A DNA stretch of 63,738 bases, the filler included, from Octopus bimaculoides (lineage: Eukaryota): the NCBI RefSeq assembly GCF_001194135.2. It is 5 parts of 5 records of this genome, joined end to end, with 100 filler letters (N's around TTAATTAATTAA, not from the genome) between each part and the next. Parts side by side here need not be neighbours in the genome. Positions count along the whole stretch, not along the records: positions 1 to 19,850 come from NC_068981.1; 4 more parts are not named here. One strand, 5' to 3'. The first letter of the stretch is position 1. Each line of letters begins with the position of its first letter. Below are positions 1 through 12,224 of this stretch, piece by piece. The position numbers were made by a program, and so were the translations under genes. The notes beneath the pieces are model-generated. The model saw nothing but the letters and a program-made list of their open reading frames with translations. It was not told the DNA's origin and did not search any database.

Positions 1-1400
1 AAAACTGCCGGTTTTCCCACCCGACACCCGCCAAAACTACAAAGGTTTAAAGGATAAAAACTTCCATGAGGAAAGACGACAGATGTCCCCAAGGAGAAAA
101 TTCAAGGACGTGCGCTCTTCAGAAATCATACGCAACGCAGCAGCTGAGCAAGAGTCTTTTTTTGTGCATGGCGCAAAAGATTGTGCAGCAGCTGATGTGG
201 CTACACCAAGCACAGACGAGGAACCTTGCCCCCCACTGCGCAAGACCACCACAGTTAACAGACATGGGATGGCCTCCCCTAACGCCTGCACAGGCATCAC
301 GCCAATATTTTCACTAAATATTGGGGGCTTGTTGCATTATAATAATAAAAGACAAATTTCTTTCCTGAGAGACCTTGCTGCATGCAATCAAGCCCTATGC
401 ATAGCACTCGTGGAAACTCACATCAGCCGTGATATAGAGGATGCAGAAGTACACGTACCAAAATATGTCACTGTGAACATACAGAAGGGAAAGGAGCCAT
501 GGTGGAGTTGATGTATACATCCGTGACGACCTCACACCCCAGGTCTTACTGTCATACTCAAATTCGGTATGCGACACCCTAATTGTATACATAAGACAAC
601 ATAATATAGTTATATGCAATACATATTGCCTACCGGATGCTCCAAACCACATAGGCAAATTTGAAGATTGCCTCACTAGAATTAAAGAAATCCTCATGAA
701 AGTGGAACACCGTGTGACCATATTTCTTATCGGTGATTTCAACTTCCCCAACGTCAAATGGCCCGAAGTCTCATACTCTCAGGAATGACTTATCGCAAGC
801 AAGCACAGGTGGAATGCCTGCTCAAACTCACCAATGCCCAATTCATGGAGCAAGCTGTTCTCAGACCAACTAGAGCGAATAACATTCTAGATCTCTGCTT
901 CACGAACAATACGGACATCATTCATGATGTGAAAGTGACGCCGACATTAGTTTCGGATCACAACATAATACAGCTGTCTATGTTTGGGCCGAAAGAAGCC
1001 AGAGACATACAGCCTAAAGGAAGCACCCAAAATCACTCCAATCTGAACTTCCACAAAGCGGACTGGAAATCGATCCAGAAAGAGATCCTCACAGAGGATT
1101 GGCCAAAATGTCTCTCCACACTTGACATTGATATGAAACTAAAATGTTTCATGTCTACTGTGCAAGCCATATGCCAGAGCACAAGGCCAAAACAAATACG
1201 AACAAGTTTCCTAGGGAGAGGAAGATCCTCATGAGACGACGGACGAAAGTTGCAAATCGACTCAACCAGCATCCCAAGAATGGCCAAAGGTCCCGCCTAA
1301 AACCGACACAGTTGGAGATTGAAAAAAGGCTGCAACAATCCTTTGTGAGAGAGAGAGAGAGCAGACAAAGAAGCCTGGGGCAGAAAGAGAGAGAGTGAGA
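1..1400 (+). mobile_element. CR1/L2-group LINE fragment: end of ORF1 plus frameshifted APE endonuclease of ORF2
   Basis: APE motifs across three frames: IFSLNIGGL (~306), LVETH (~408), GDFNFP (732-749), PTRANNILDLCFTN, VSDHN (953-964), NFHKADW. NCRFSHP at 3-23 resembles the end of a CCCH finger of ORF1. No RT domain follows. Confidence 0.85.
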
Positions 1401-1559
1401 AGAAACACTCAAAGAAGCACCGATGCGCCGGCTGTTGTTATCAAAGTGAGCATGAGTTGAGGGCGAAGTCACTACACGACGAATAGCAATTATTTTGTCT
1501 TTGCTTTCACTGCTTATACTAAACACATGATATATTTACCTTAAGATATTAAAACATTT

Positions 1560-1630
1560 CCTTTCCTTTTCTTCTTTTTCAAATATGGCACACCGTCGGC
1601 TATGACGACGAGGTCACTGATTATCTGATC
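1560..1630 (-). mobile_element. Probable SINE 3' fragment (family B tail)
   Basis: gcacaccgtcggctatgacgacgagg matches my recollection of the octopus SINE whose head is at 11916 and 46083; not verifiable inside this window. Confidence 0.35.
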
Positions 1631-1849
<219 letters not shown>

Positions 1850-2107
1850 TACGTCACATGTAAACAAACACGTTTGCTTTTGAATCATTGAAAGGTATTG
1901 AAGAACAAGTAGAAATATATATTTTTTCAACTCTTAAATACGGAACTGCAGACATAAAACATAAAATCCTTTCAAGAGCAGAAAGATTTGCCGGCAATTT
2001 TTTCTGGTCTTGAAAGGATTTTATCCTTTATACATTCTGTTCAGTATCTAAGTGTTAAAAACAATATACCTTTCTATTTGTTCAATAATAATAATAAAAA
2101 TATTTAT

Positions 2108-2172
2108 AATTATTATTATTATTGTTGTTGTTGTTTTTGTTGTTTTTTATTATTATTATTATTATTATTATA

Positions 2173-2235
<63 letters not shown>

Positions 2236-2287
2236 ATTATTATTATTATTATTATTATTATCATTATTATTATTATTATTATTATTT
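2108..2287. repeat. (ATT)n/(GTT)n microsatellite
   Basis: Direct reading; a second tract lies at about 2627-2726. Confidence 0.98.
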
Positions 2288-2652
2288 TTAATATATTTTT
2301 GAATGTTGTGTTTTATTTGTAATAGTTGATTTCAAGTCTCACCCAGAGACCTCAAGGGACAAGTTAGAAGTTTCATTTGGTGTCATGATTATGGTGCCCT
2401 ATATTTGGTTTTGCACAAAGTATTTTCTGCAGATGGCTTCAGAAAACATAAGAAACGTACACCAAGAGCAGAGATGTTCGTCGCATGCATTCCCAGTTTA
2501 CACACGCAAATTCACAGGTAAAATATATTTAATAAACAAATAAATAAACTCATGAATAGATGTTGTTTAGGCAGCGATAACGCTCTTCTCAGTACATGAG
2601 TCGTTCCTGTTAAAACGATTTTTTGCATATTATTATTATTATTATAATAATA

Positions 2653-2697
<45 letters not shown>

Positions 2698-2789
2698 GTT
2701 ATTATTGTTGTTGTTGTTGTTGTTACTATTGCCTCTATTTGCTTGTTACTGGCTATTTTGCCTGTTTATTTCGCCTATTTATACTCGCC

Positions 2790-3260
2790 ATAATATTTTG
2801 TAGATTTAATGATTTTCATAGTAAATTCTTAACCTATCTTTATTGAAGACGTTGTTACTTATTGCATGGGGGAAAATTTTCTTCTACAGAAGTCAATAGT
2901 TGTTTAGAAAATTTCATAGTAACATAATATTGGTTGTTCTAGATATGTTATATCATGTTACGTCATCAATTCATAAATTTATCCGGCTTTGGGATTTGCT
3001 GTGTCCAAGTCACCGTGCTTCAATAGTACCATCAAGATTATCTATACTGATGTTCTTACTTATCGTGTTGGTAAATATTTCATGTCCGTTACGTCTATGA
3101 ATATTGTTTGTATAAGAACCATTCCTGTCGGCAAACATAACGCTACAACAATTCTCATAATTAATCTTCAAAACAATTTTAACATTATTACGAATATCAT
3201 TTACAGTAATAACATTAGTAAGCTTACAATATTTCTTTTTCCGTTTAACCAATAAATTGT
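2790..3260 (-). mobile_element. Decayed Penelope-like element, RT C-terminal/linker region
   Basis: Minus strand reads RNMI*HI*NNQYYVTMKFSKQLLTSVEENFPPCNK* then (frameshift) NVFNKDRLRIYYE, matching the PLE motif R.IIWFNPP...FP..HK...IFN.....SYS also seen at 29450-30215. Confidence 0.55.
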
Positions 3261-3411
3261 TGATGTACGTATTGCTATGATGATTATTATTAACGTCACT
3301 ATTATCAGAACAATCAACTTTGTTCGAGTTGCTATGATGGGAAGCCACATCATATAACCTAATTTCGTTTGTATATTTTCTATTCGGAAATTTTAATTCT
3401 TGGATATTTAC

Positions 3412-3570
3412 AACAGGTGTTGGTGTGTTCATATTCCCGTAACATAGCAGTTCTACTAAAGAATGTGATAGAATAAGTACCAGTCTGAAAGAAAAATATA
3501 AACTGGAGTTGATTCACTTGGCTAAAATTCTGAAAGCTGATACACCAGCATGGTTTTCGACTGACCAGTG
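3412..3570 (+). mobile_element. SINE family A, degenerate 3' half
   Basis: ggtgtgttcatattcccgtaacatagcagttc...gatagaataagtacc...ccagcatgg aligns to the 3' half of the copy at 61106-61560. Confidence 0.7.
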
Positions 3571-3807
3571 CTATTGTCGATAATCATTCAACCTTCATTA
3601 GTTTAATCCTTCCTTTTGAGAGGTCATACTTTTAGTCCAGCTGGGTTGAAGTAGACTGACAAATTTATCTTTTTAACCAGTTGAAGACACAAGATGTCGA
3701 AATATCGTTCACTACATAACAATGGATCGCTTCTTTTATTTTTGACACATTATCTCAGATGGAGTTACATCAATCCTTTCTATATTATTAATAATAAAAG
3801 TAATCAT

Positions 3808-4005
3808 AATAATAACATCGAAAATACCCTAGGAATGAGAACCCAGGTTCGAAATTCCCCCAAGACACCAGAAGAAAGATGCAGGGTATATCAGCCGAAA
3901 CGTTGTGTAAACAACAATCAATATGAGGACAAATATGCGTTCAATTTAAATGTAAATAACGTAAATGATGCACCTAATTCCTCATCTCCTAAATATAAGA
4001 CAGCA
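3808..4005 (+). repeat. ~200-bp repeat H1 with relic minimal hammerhead ribozyme (3864-3909)
   Basis: Homologous to 12010-12208. Reads GACAC-CAGAAGA-A-AGATG-loop-CAGCC-GAAAC-GTT-GTGTA; preceded by (AAT)n. Confidence 0.7.
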
Positions 4006-4267
4006 TAAATCATGTTTAACGTAAATCGGACCCCAGATTCCATACAAACGCACTATTTGCTCTTCGTACCTTCATAAGTAGCCAAAACGACGCATACTAG
4101 AAAAATAGTCCAAAAGTAATGTAATCCTAAAAAAATGAAAATTGTTTGTACAGTAAGTATTTATATTTTAGCTTTCATTAAACAAAGAATATTTTAATTA
4201 TTAACAAGTGTTTTTTAAGTGAATATGATTTGAAAAATACCAGTTGTTTGTTGAGTAAATATGTTAT

Positions 4268-4503
4268 TTTATTCTTTTATTCTTTTATGTGCTTCAGTCA
4301 CTTGACTGCGGCCATGCTGGAGCACTAGCTTTAGTTGAGCGAATCGACCCTAGGGCGTATTCTTTGTAAGCCCAGTATTTTTTCCATCGTTCTCTCTTGC
4401 CGAACCCCTAGGTGACGGGGTACTAAACACACCATCATTGGTTGTCAAGCGATGTTGGGGAACAAACACATACACACAAACACAAACACACGCACACACA
4501 CAC

Positions 4504-4577
<74 letters not shown>

Positions 4578-4742
4578 GACGGGATTCTTTCAGTTTCCGT
4601 CTACCAAATCTACTCACAACGCTTTGGTCGGCCCGAGGCTATAGTAGAATACACTTGTCCAAGTTGCCAAGCAGTGGGACTGAACCCGGAACCATGTTGT
4701 TGGTAAGCAAGCTTCATACTACACAGCCACTCCTGAGCCTAT
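4268..4742 (-). mobile_element. tRNA-derived SINE family A, near full length, internal (TA)n(TG)n
   Basis: Reverse complement of the 61106-61560 copy; head aggctcaggagtggctgtg, box-B-like GGTTCAGTCCC. Resembles the octopus OK/OR1/OR2 SINEs; family assignment not checked. Confidence 0.92.
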
Positions 4743-5329
4743 ATTTAGCATTTGTTAAACATATTTTTTTTTAATATTTAGAAGTATTTAAAAAAACATT
4801 GTTGATGCAATAGGAATTTTTATAAGGTGAATACGATTTTCTATTCTTAGATCAAGCTTCGACGAGGAAGAATGAAAACATATTGTTTGTCAATTGATAA
4901 TAAGTAGAGGGAGCGGCTAATGAGAGCCAAATAAGGTGAGCTATATAGTACTGAACGCCAACAGCAAGATCGGGACAGGCATGCGAATAGAAAGATCGAT
5001 TAAACAAATAAAGGAAGGGCAGAACAAATAGATATCTGGCGGAACAGAGAGAAAGAAACGGAAGCAGGAGATAACAGGAATCGGACACTCGGATTGCTGA
5101 CCGTCTGGTGGAACAGAAGGAAAGACACAGAAAAACAGGAAATATCATGATAGGGACGCTTTAAATAGGAACTTGTAAACCAGATCTATGATGATATAGA
5201 CGAATTGAAATATTCAACTGAATCCTCATCACATTAACTCTCATTTCAATGCAATGTTGAAATTATCTTCAATGTCTTATAACCTGAACGGTCAGTGACT
5301 CAACGGGTCACGGGGTGTGNNNNNNNNNN

Positions 5330-5875
5330 AATCACAATTTAGGTTAGTTGAAATGTGTTTCTCAAATTTTTTTCAACTGATAAAGCAAATACACTGCAGT
5401 TACCGTAGAGAAAACATTCCATTTTATGGTAAAAAGGTGTGTTCATTGTCACCCTTTCACAGGAATCTGAGTCATCGATGTTTCGAGATTGCTGAGACTT
5501 GTCGATCACATGTACATGAGAGGGGCAACCCTGAAGGAACTGAGAAACACTGCTTAACCCATTTATTCCCATAATTTTCTCGATTGGGTGATCTAGTAGC
5601 GCAAATCAGTCAATGTAATGTCTGAATTATATATAATGCTATAAGATTTGTCAGTTCGTTCAAGGTTGACCCTCTCAGGTACACCTGATTGACAAGAGTC
5701 AACAAACTGCAAACATCGATGCCTCAGATTCCCCAGAGAGGGCGACACTGAACGAACGGGGTGTTGTCACAACTTTTTACCATAAGACAAATTTCTGTCC
5801 ACAGTAACTGCAGTTTATTTGCTTTAGCAATTGAAATATGTGACAAACATACTTTAACAAAACTAAATTGTGAAT
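5330..5875. mobile_element. Foldback/MITE-like element with ~215-bp imperfect inverted arms
   Basis: 5330-5543 is the reverse complement of 5651-5875; inner 82 nt match at 68/82 without gaps (hand count); 107-nt spacer. Confidence 0.85.
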
Positions 5876-5884
5876 ACACACACA

Positions 5885-5924
<40 letters not shown>

Positions 5925-6470
5925 NNNNNNNNNNNNNNNNNNNNNNNNNNNNNNNNNNNNNNNNNNNNNNNNNNNNNNNNNNNNNNNNNNNNNNNNNNNN
6001 NNNNNNNNNNNNNNNNNNNNNNNNNNNNNNNNNNNNNNNNNNNNNNNNNNNNNNNNNNNNNNNNNNNNNNNNNNNNNNNNNNNNNNNNNNNNNNNNNNNN
6101 NNNNNNNNNNNNNNNNNNNNNNNNNNNNNNNNNNNNNNNNNNNNNNNNNNNNNNNNNNNNNNNNNNNNNNNNNNNNNNNNNNNNNNNNNNNNNNNNNNNN
6201 NNNNNNNNNNNNNNNNNNNNNNNNNNNNNNNNNNNNNNNNNNNNNNNNNNNNNNNNNNNNNNNNNNNNNNNNNNNNNNNNNNNNNNNNNNNNNNNNNNNN
6301 NNNNNNNNNNNNNNNNNNNNNNNNNNNNNNNNNNNNNNNNNNNNNNNNNNNNNNNNNNNNNNNNNNNNNNNNNNNNNNNNNNNNNNNNNNNNNNNNNNNN
6401 NNNNNNNNNNNNNNNNNNNNNNNNNNNNNNNNNNNNNNNNNNNNNNNNNNNNNNNNNNNNNNNNNNNNNN

Positions 6471-6540
<70 letters not shown>

Positions 6541-6559
6541 CCCAAAATTAAAGACAATG

Positions 6560-7060
6560 AGTAAACTGAACACACTCATTCACATACATCAGAAAGGTTT
6601 AACAAACGAAAACTTCCTAACCCATTTTCATTGAAAGACTAGCTACATCTACGTTCTCTCCAAATTCCATAATTATCAAACTACAAATTTTTGGCTAGAG
6701 AAATTTCCTCATGAAATTCCAGACGGATTTGAAATAAAGTCTCGTCACTGAAAGATTAAAGATTATCCTCGAAAGCAAGATTTTTGACATCGATAGCAAT
6801 ATTTACAAACAAATATTTGAACTGTGATGGGAACAAACGTTGCTCCGACTTACGACAGCCTGTCATGGCTTACATGGTGTTCCAGATATATGAACAATCA
6901 AAATGGAAATATTGCTTGAACCTCCACAAATTCCCCCTAATCTAGCAAGTAGAATCTTCGCAATTCCCTCAAACCCTGAAAGTCGCAATAAAAGACACCA
7001 GGAGCTAAAACAAATACAATTTAAAAGGCAATATCCATTAGACCAATACATAACCGGGAA
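6560..7060 (+). mobile_element. Penelope-like element RT relic with internal deletions
   Basis: KTSYIYVLSKFH (cf. FYGLPKIHK); FWLEKFPHEIPDGF; LKIILESKIFDIDSNIYKQIF; TVMGTNVAPTYDSL (cf. GTAMGT..APTYA.L); PNLASRIFAIPSNPESRNKRHQELKQIQFKRQYP (thumb). Confidence 0.8.
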
Positions 7061-7099
7061 CTACTTAAAAACGAAAAAAACGTTACATTCAGTATGTAA

Positions 7100-8070
7100 A
7101 CTTTTCCAAATGCTGAGATAAAGAAAATGCCATAAAACAGTTAACGAATAGAATTTCGTCTGGGACCAATGGCATACAGCCGGGATATATAAATGTGGTA
7201 GCAATGTCCTGCAGAACAGATTACGCGAACCCTTCTCCTTAATCTGATAATCAGGATCAGTCCCACAAGAGATTAAAGGTGCTTCTATTATCCATCTTCA
7301 TAAGCACAAACGCAGCAAATGTGAACGTGATAACCACAGATGTATTTTCCGATTTTCTGTAGCTGGAAATATCTTTGAAAGGGCTATCTTCAACAGACTA
7401 AATGACACCCTCCCAGCTTCGTATTACCGGAATCTCAATATGACTTTCGGGCTGGTAGAGGCAGAGTGGATCACATTTTCACTCTGTGGATCCACAGGAG
7501 CACAATCGTGACCTTTTTGTCATATATTTAGATCTACCAAAACTTTCTACAACGTAGCTAGGCATGCTCTTTCGTTTGTCCACAGAAGGTTAGGTGTTTC
7601 GAAATGATGTCCAACGTCATACCTTCTCATCAAAAGATGTTGGCTTATCATACATTCACCGGGGAAGGATCGAGACGCCAATTACAAAAACAAGTGATAC
7701 ATTTGTTAGAATATATTGATTTTAGAGTTGTGTAAATTTTATGCGTATAAATATACACCTAGCAGTTATGGATTGATACAAATTCACGTTGCGCACAATT
7801 CAGAAATATGGTCCCATGTACCCACTAAATTCATTATGCTGGAAATAAAAACACTCACTACAAAAGTAATTCTGGATGCCTCAAACAAAGGAGACCACCG
7901 GATCTGTAACAGTGTCTTGTATTTGGAAGAAGCATTGAAAATTTGGAATCTGCTCTCTGTTTAAAGGTCTTTTTCTGGGTATCGAAAAAAGCTCTAATGA
8001 CTATCTTTCGCTTACTAGAAAATAAAATAAGTGCAAACTGCAATTTAAAACTTGTATCAAATCAACAGCA
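7100..8070 (+). mobile_element. RTE-clade LINE RT relic
   Basis: AGIYKCG, VPQEIKGASIIHLHKHK, DNHRCI...SVAGNIFERAIFNRLND match RTE RT domains 0-2 (DNHRGISLLSVAGKI); the degenerate C-terminal part after ~7750 is less certain. Confidence 0.75.
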
Positions 8071-9147
8071 ACATGTGCTCCACAAAATAATTAGTTTTAA
8101 AATGCGCAAAAGAGGTGGCAGGTAAGAAGTTCATCTATATGGTAAAGGATGTATAAAGGAATTTGAAAATATGTTTACGAAAATCCAACACATATCAAGA
8201 GGGTAGTATATGATTTACATCTTCTTTATGCATTTATGCAAGAGACTCAAAGGTGGCTAGCAACAATTATTATTAACCAGACAAAAATGCATAAAAATTC
8301 GTCTCAGTCGTATATGATATGTTTTTTCTTTTTTCAACTTCTCAAGACTGTTTTCATATAATACCAAAAACGCAAGGGCAAATTTGCTTATATAAGTGCA
8401 AAAAGAAAATAAATCAAATTGATACACTTTACTTGGAAATAATTTACTTCTATAATAAAGATAATAGAAATCTCAACACAAAGGTAATATATTCAGCAGC
8501 GCAAACACTACGAGGTGGAACTGAAATATAATTGGGTACGAAAACCTACATGACGATACGTGCATGCATACATACATACATGCATGCATACTCACACTTA
8601 TACATAGTGTGTACGAGCACGTACATTTATATCTTGCATGGCCAATCTATTTGAGTATGGTTTTGCACTCATTGTAATACACTGATATTTAGAGGGATTA
8701 CAATAATGAGTGCAATGCCTTCTTTATGAAACGTAGTGTAAATAATTACTACCAAAGCACACAATGGTAAAATGGCTTGCAACAGAATTGCATTTGGCAA
8801 AAGAAGACGCATTTAGGCATTCCACTTTCAAAATTAATAGCGATGAGCTTAAAAAGCGCAAATTATAACAGTGTTTCCAGGTATACAAATGTCAGATGGT
8901 GAACATGTGAATTAAAGATAAATTCATATCATACACTGCCAAATTGCAGCAATTCAATAGGTGTAATTTTTAGTAAAATATATCTGTCTTTGTTTCTATG
9001 AAAAGAAGAAAAATAAATATTAAATAATATATCTTATAATGGTGATATGTGCATATTCAATTAATAGATATATATTTAGGGAATTTTATATTTTTTATAA
9101 TTATTGTTATTCTAGGCTTCAGGAATTAATTTCTATATATGTATGTA

Positions 9148-9182
<35 letters not shown>

Positions 9183-11229
9183 NNNNNNNNNNNNNNNNNN
9201 NNNNNNNNNNNNNNNNNNNNNNNNNNNNNNNNNNNNNNNNNNNNNNNNNNNNNNNNNNNNNNNNNNNNNNNNNNNNNNNNNNNNNNNNNNNNNNNNNNNN
9301 NNNNNNNNNNNNNNNNNNNNNNNNNNNNNNNNNNNNNNNNNNNNNNNNNNNNNNNNNNNNNNNNNNNNNNNNNNNNNNNNNNNNNNNNNNNNNNNNNNNN
9401 NNNNNNNNNNNNNNNNNNNNNNNNNNNNNNNNNNNNNNNNNNNNNNNNNNNNNNNNNNNNNNNNNNNNNNNNNNNNNNNNNNNNNNNNNNNNNNNNNNNN
9501 NNNNNNNNNNNNNNNNNNNNNNNNNNNNNNNNNNNNNNNNNNNNNNNNNNNNNNNNNNNNNNNNNNNNNNNNNNNNNNNNNNNNNNNNNNNNNNNNNNNN
9601 NNNNNNNNNNNNNNNNNNNNNNNNNNNNNNNNNNNNNNNNNNNNNNNNNNNNNNNNNNNNNNNNNNNNNNNNNNNNNNNNNNNNNNNNNNNNNNNNNNNN
9701 NNNNNNNNNNNNNNNNNNNNNNNNNNNGAGAGAGAGAGAGAGAGAGAGAGAGATTGATAGATAGATAGATATTAAATTATTAATAGAAAATATTGCCTAC
9801 GAATACACATAGGCACACCACCACATGCAAATATTGATTTAATTCCTGAAATTGCTACATATTGTGCACACAGCTTAAACAAAAGATTCACTTAATTATA
9901 TAAAAAATATAATCATTTTATGTTTACGTAGTTATTTCTCCATCTTTAAATTATATTGGCTGGAGCATGCACACGGAAATACAAGGCAACCGAATTTGTT
10001 GAATTCTATTAAAAAAATGCAACTTAATTTATTCTTAAACATTCTTTTTCATGGAAAGTTACACAATTATATTTATTCCTATTTCCAAAGTTATTATTAT
10101 GTGTATTTGTAAATCTCCTCTAATATTTTCCGTGAAATAATTCACAACGTATAGATTCGAGTATCTTCATATAATTCTCATGTTTCGTGTTTTTATTTCA
10201 TTTCTAAGCTCTGAATTTACAGTTGGTCCATTGTTCCATTTCTTATCAATTTTAAATCTTTAGCACATCATGTATATAAAAGTTTGTATATGTAGCCAGA
10301 CAATTTTAGCTTCATTAATGCATATAAATCATGTTTTTTTTTTTATTGTGGGGTTTTCTTTTTGCCTCAAATTCATTTCTATGTATGCCGTACAATGTCC
10401 TTGCTTTCTATTTGTAAGTTCACTTAGTAGTATATCTATTTTATACCTTGAGGCATTTTTATGTATCGTTGCGCGCAATATCTTTGATAATCAAGAAATA
10501 CCTCAAGGAGCAAATAAGATGACATTTAGCTCATTAAAAAGTGTAATTATCAAAGCTACATTTCTTCCAACGCTCTTCCAGTACAAGCACATATTCTTAC
10601 CAATACAGAATATAACACGCCATTTCATTTGTTTATTTGATATATTCGTTCTAGTTTCTTATTGATATTGGAGAGTAAATGCGTAATTTCCTAGAATAGT
10701 TTCGACCCTTTGATCTTGATATTTCTTGTATAGTACCGTACCTTCGTAGAATAATCTCTCTTTAAATGAAAGAGAATAATGTTAAGATGAATTTGAAGGT
10801 TATCATACAAACAGACGCAGGCACGAAGTCACACACACAAACACCACCTTATACATACGCGCGCACGTATACGTGATCACAGATGCCCGAGTCCTCACAC
10901 ACACATATATAATGCCAAGCAATTTCACTTAATGAAGCTTACTGAAATAACATATATGCAAATTTGTACATACATATTATATATAAAACGTGTGTATTTC
11001 AAAGTTTTATATTAACGTACAGCGGGCTTTGTAATTGTTGTGTCATTCAGATTGAAATTTAAATCATTTTTTTTTCCAGACGGACAGCTCATATTTTGAA
11101 GAATATGATGTATATCACATACATCCTAGATAGTTTGTATGTAGCTTATACATACATACAACCATACATACAGAGATACATTAATACATATTCAATAAAA
11201 CATGCATGTTTGCATACATGAGACTAATG

Positions 11230-11905
11230 ACAAAGATTTGGAAGGCAGCTGCTTTAGCAGCATTCCTTATCTGATAACATGAGATACATTCCCAAAGAAG
11301 TTGCTCGATTCTACAGCAACGTATGAAAGGCTGAGCGTATATGAGCAGATCATGCATGGATAAGTTAGTAGAAAGCTGAAACCATAGAAACATTCAGCAT
11401 CAAGGCAGACTTTCATGGACCAACAACAGGAATACTACCTCCACATTTGAAGGGCATGCGTTTGCAATCCAGAAACAAAAAATATCAACCAAATACCTGA
11501 TGCAGAAAAGTGACAGAGACGTAGGAAAATCAGTAAAATGTGACAACCGATGCAGACTTTCTAGACGTAACACCGACGAAATAACCCACAACATAAGCAG
11601 TTGTCCGAAAATGGCATCACAGTATTATCATCCGATGAGACATGATTTTGAATCTAAGACCCTGTATAACGGGATCTATCGAATGGATAACACTGAAGGC
11701 AACGGGATAAGAGAAAACAGTACGTAGAAGCTATATCCACTCATAAAAAAGGAGTACTGGTAGAATGTCTCAGTAAAATGTAAATACAATAGACCTGGTA
11801 TAATGACTAGGGATAAAGAAGAGAAACTCTGCACACTCGTGGAAATTAGATGCCCAGTAGACTAACATAGAGCTGAAGATCATTGGAAAAGAGAATACCC
11901 ACAGT
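11230..11905 (+). mobile_element. R4/Dong-clade LINE fragment (CCHC knuckle plus restriction-like endonuclease)
   Basis: FEGHAFAIQKQKISTKYL; CRLSRRNTDEITHNISSCPKM (CCHC relic); KYNRPG...DKEEKLCTLVEIRCPVD (PD-(D/E)xK relic). Confidence 0.8.
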
Positions 11906-11915
11906 GAGTTATTAA

Positions 11916-11990
11916 TGGAGGCGCAATGACCCAGTGGTTAGGGCAGCGGACTCGCGGTCATAGGATCGTTGTTTCGATTCCCAGACCGGG
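11916..11990 (+). mobile_element. SINE family B tRNA-like head only
   Basis: ggaggcgcaatgacccagtggttagggcagcggactcgcggtcataggatcgttgtttcgattcccagacc; box A and box B like; same head as 46083-46289 (minus). Confidence 0.85.
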
Positions 11991-12009
11991 AACAACAACA
12001 ACAACAATA

Positions 12010-12208
12010 ATAATAATGACATCGAAAATAACTGAGGAATGAGAACCCAGGTTGGAAATTCCCCCAAGACACCTGATGAAGCCTGGAGGGTATATCATCC
12101 GTAATTTTCTGTTAACAACAAACAAGATGAGGACAAATATCCGTCAAATTTAAATGAAATAAATAATATAAATAGTGTACATAATTCCTCATCTCTTAAA
12201 TATGGAAT
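12010..12208 (+). repeat. Repeat H1 second copy with relic hammerhead (12068-12113)
   Basis: GACAC-CTGATGA-A-GCCTG-gagggtatat-CATCC-GTAAT-TTT-CTGTT; flanks align to 3808-4005. Confidence 0.7.
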
Positions 12209-12224
12209 TGAACACTCCTTTCTA

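Noticed and set aside
5724-6634. Long ORFs of 200-450 aa spanning N runs (also 22955, 32967, 44838, 57207)
   Set aside because: Open only because N codons do not read as stops.
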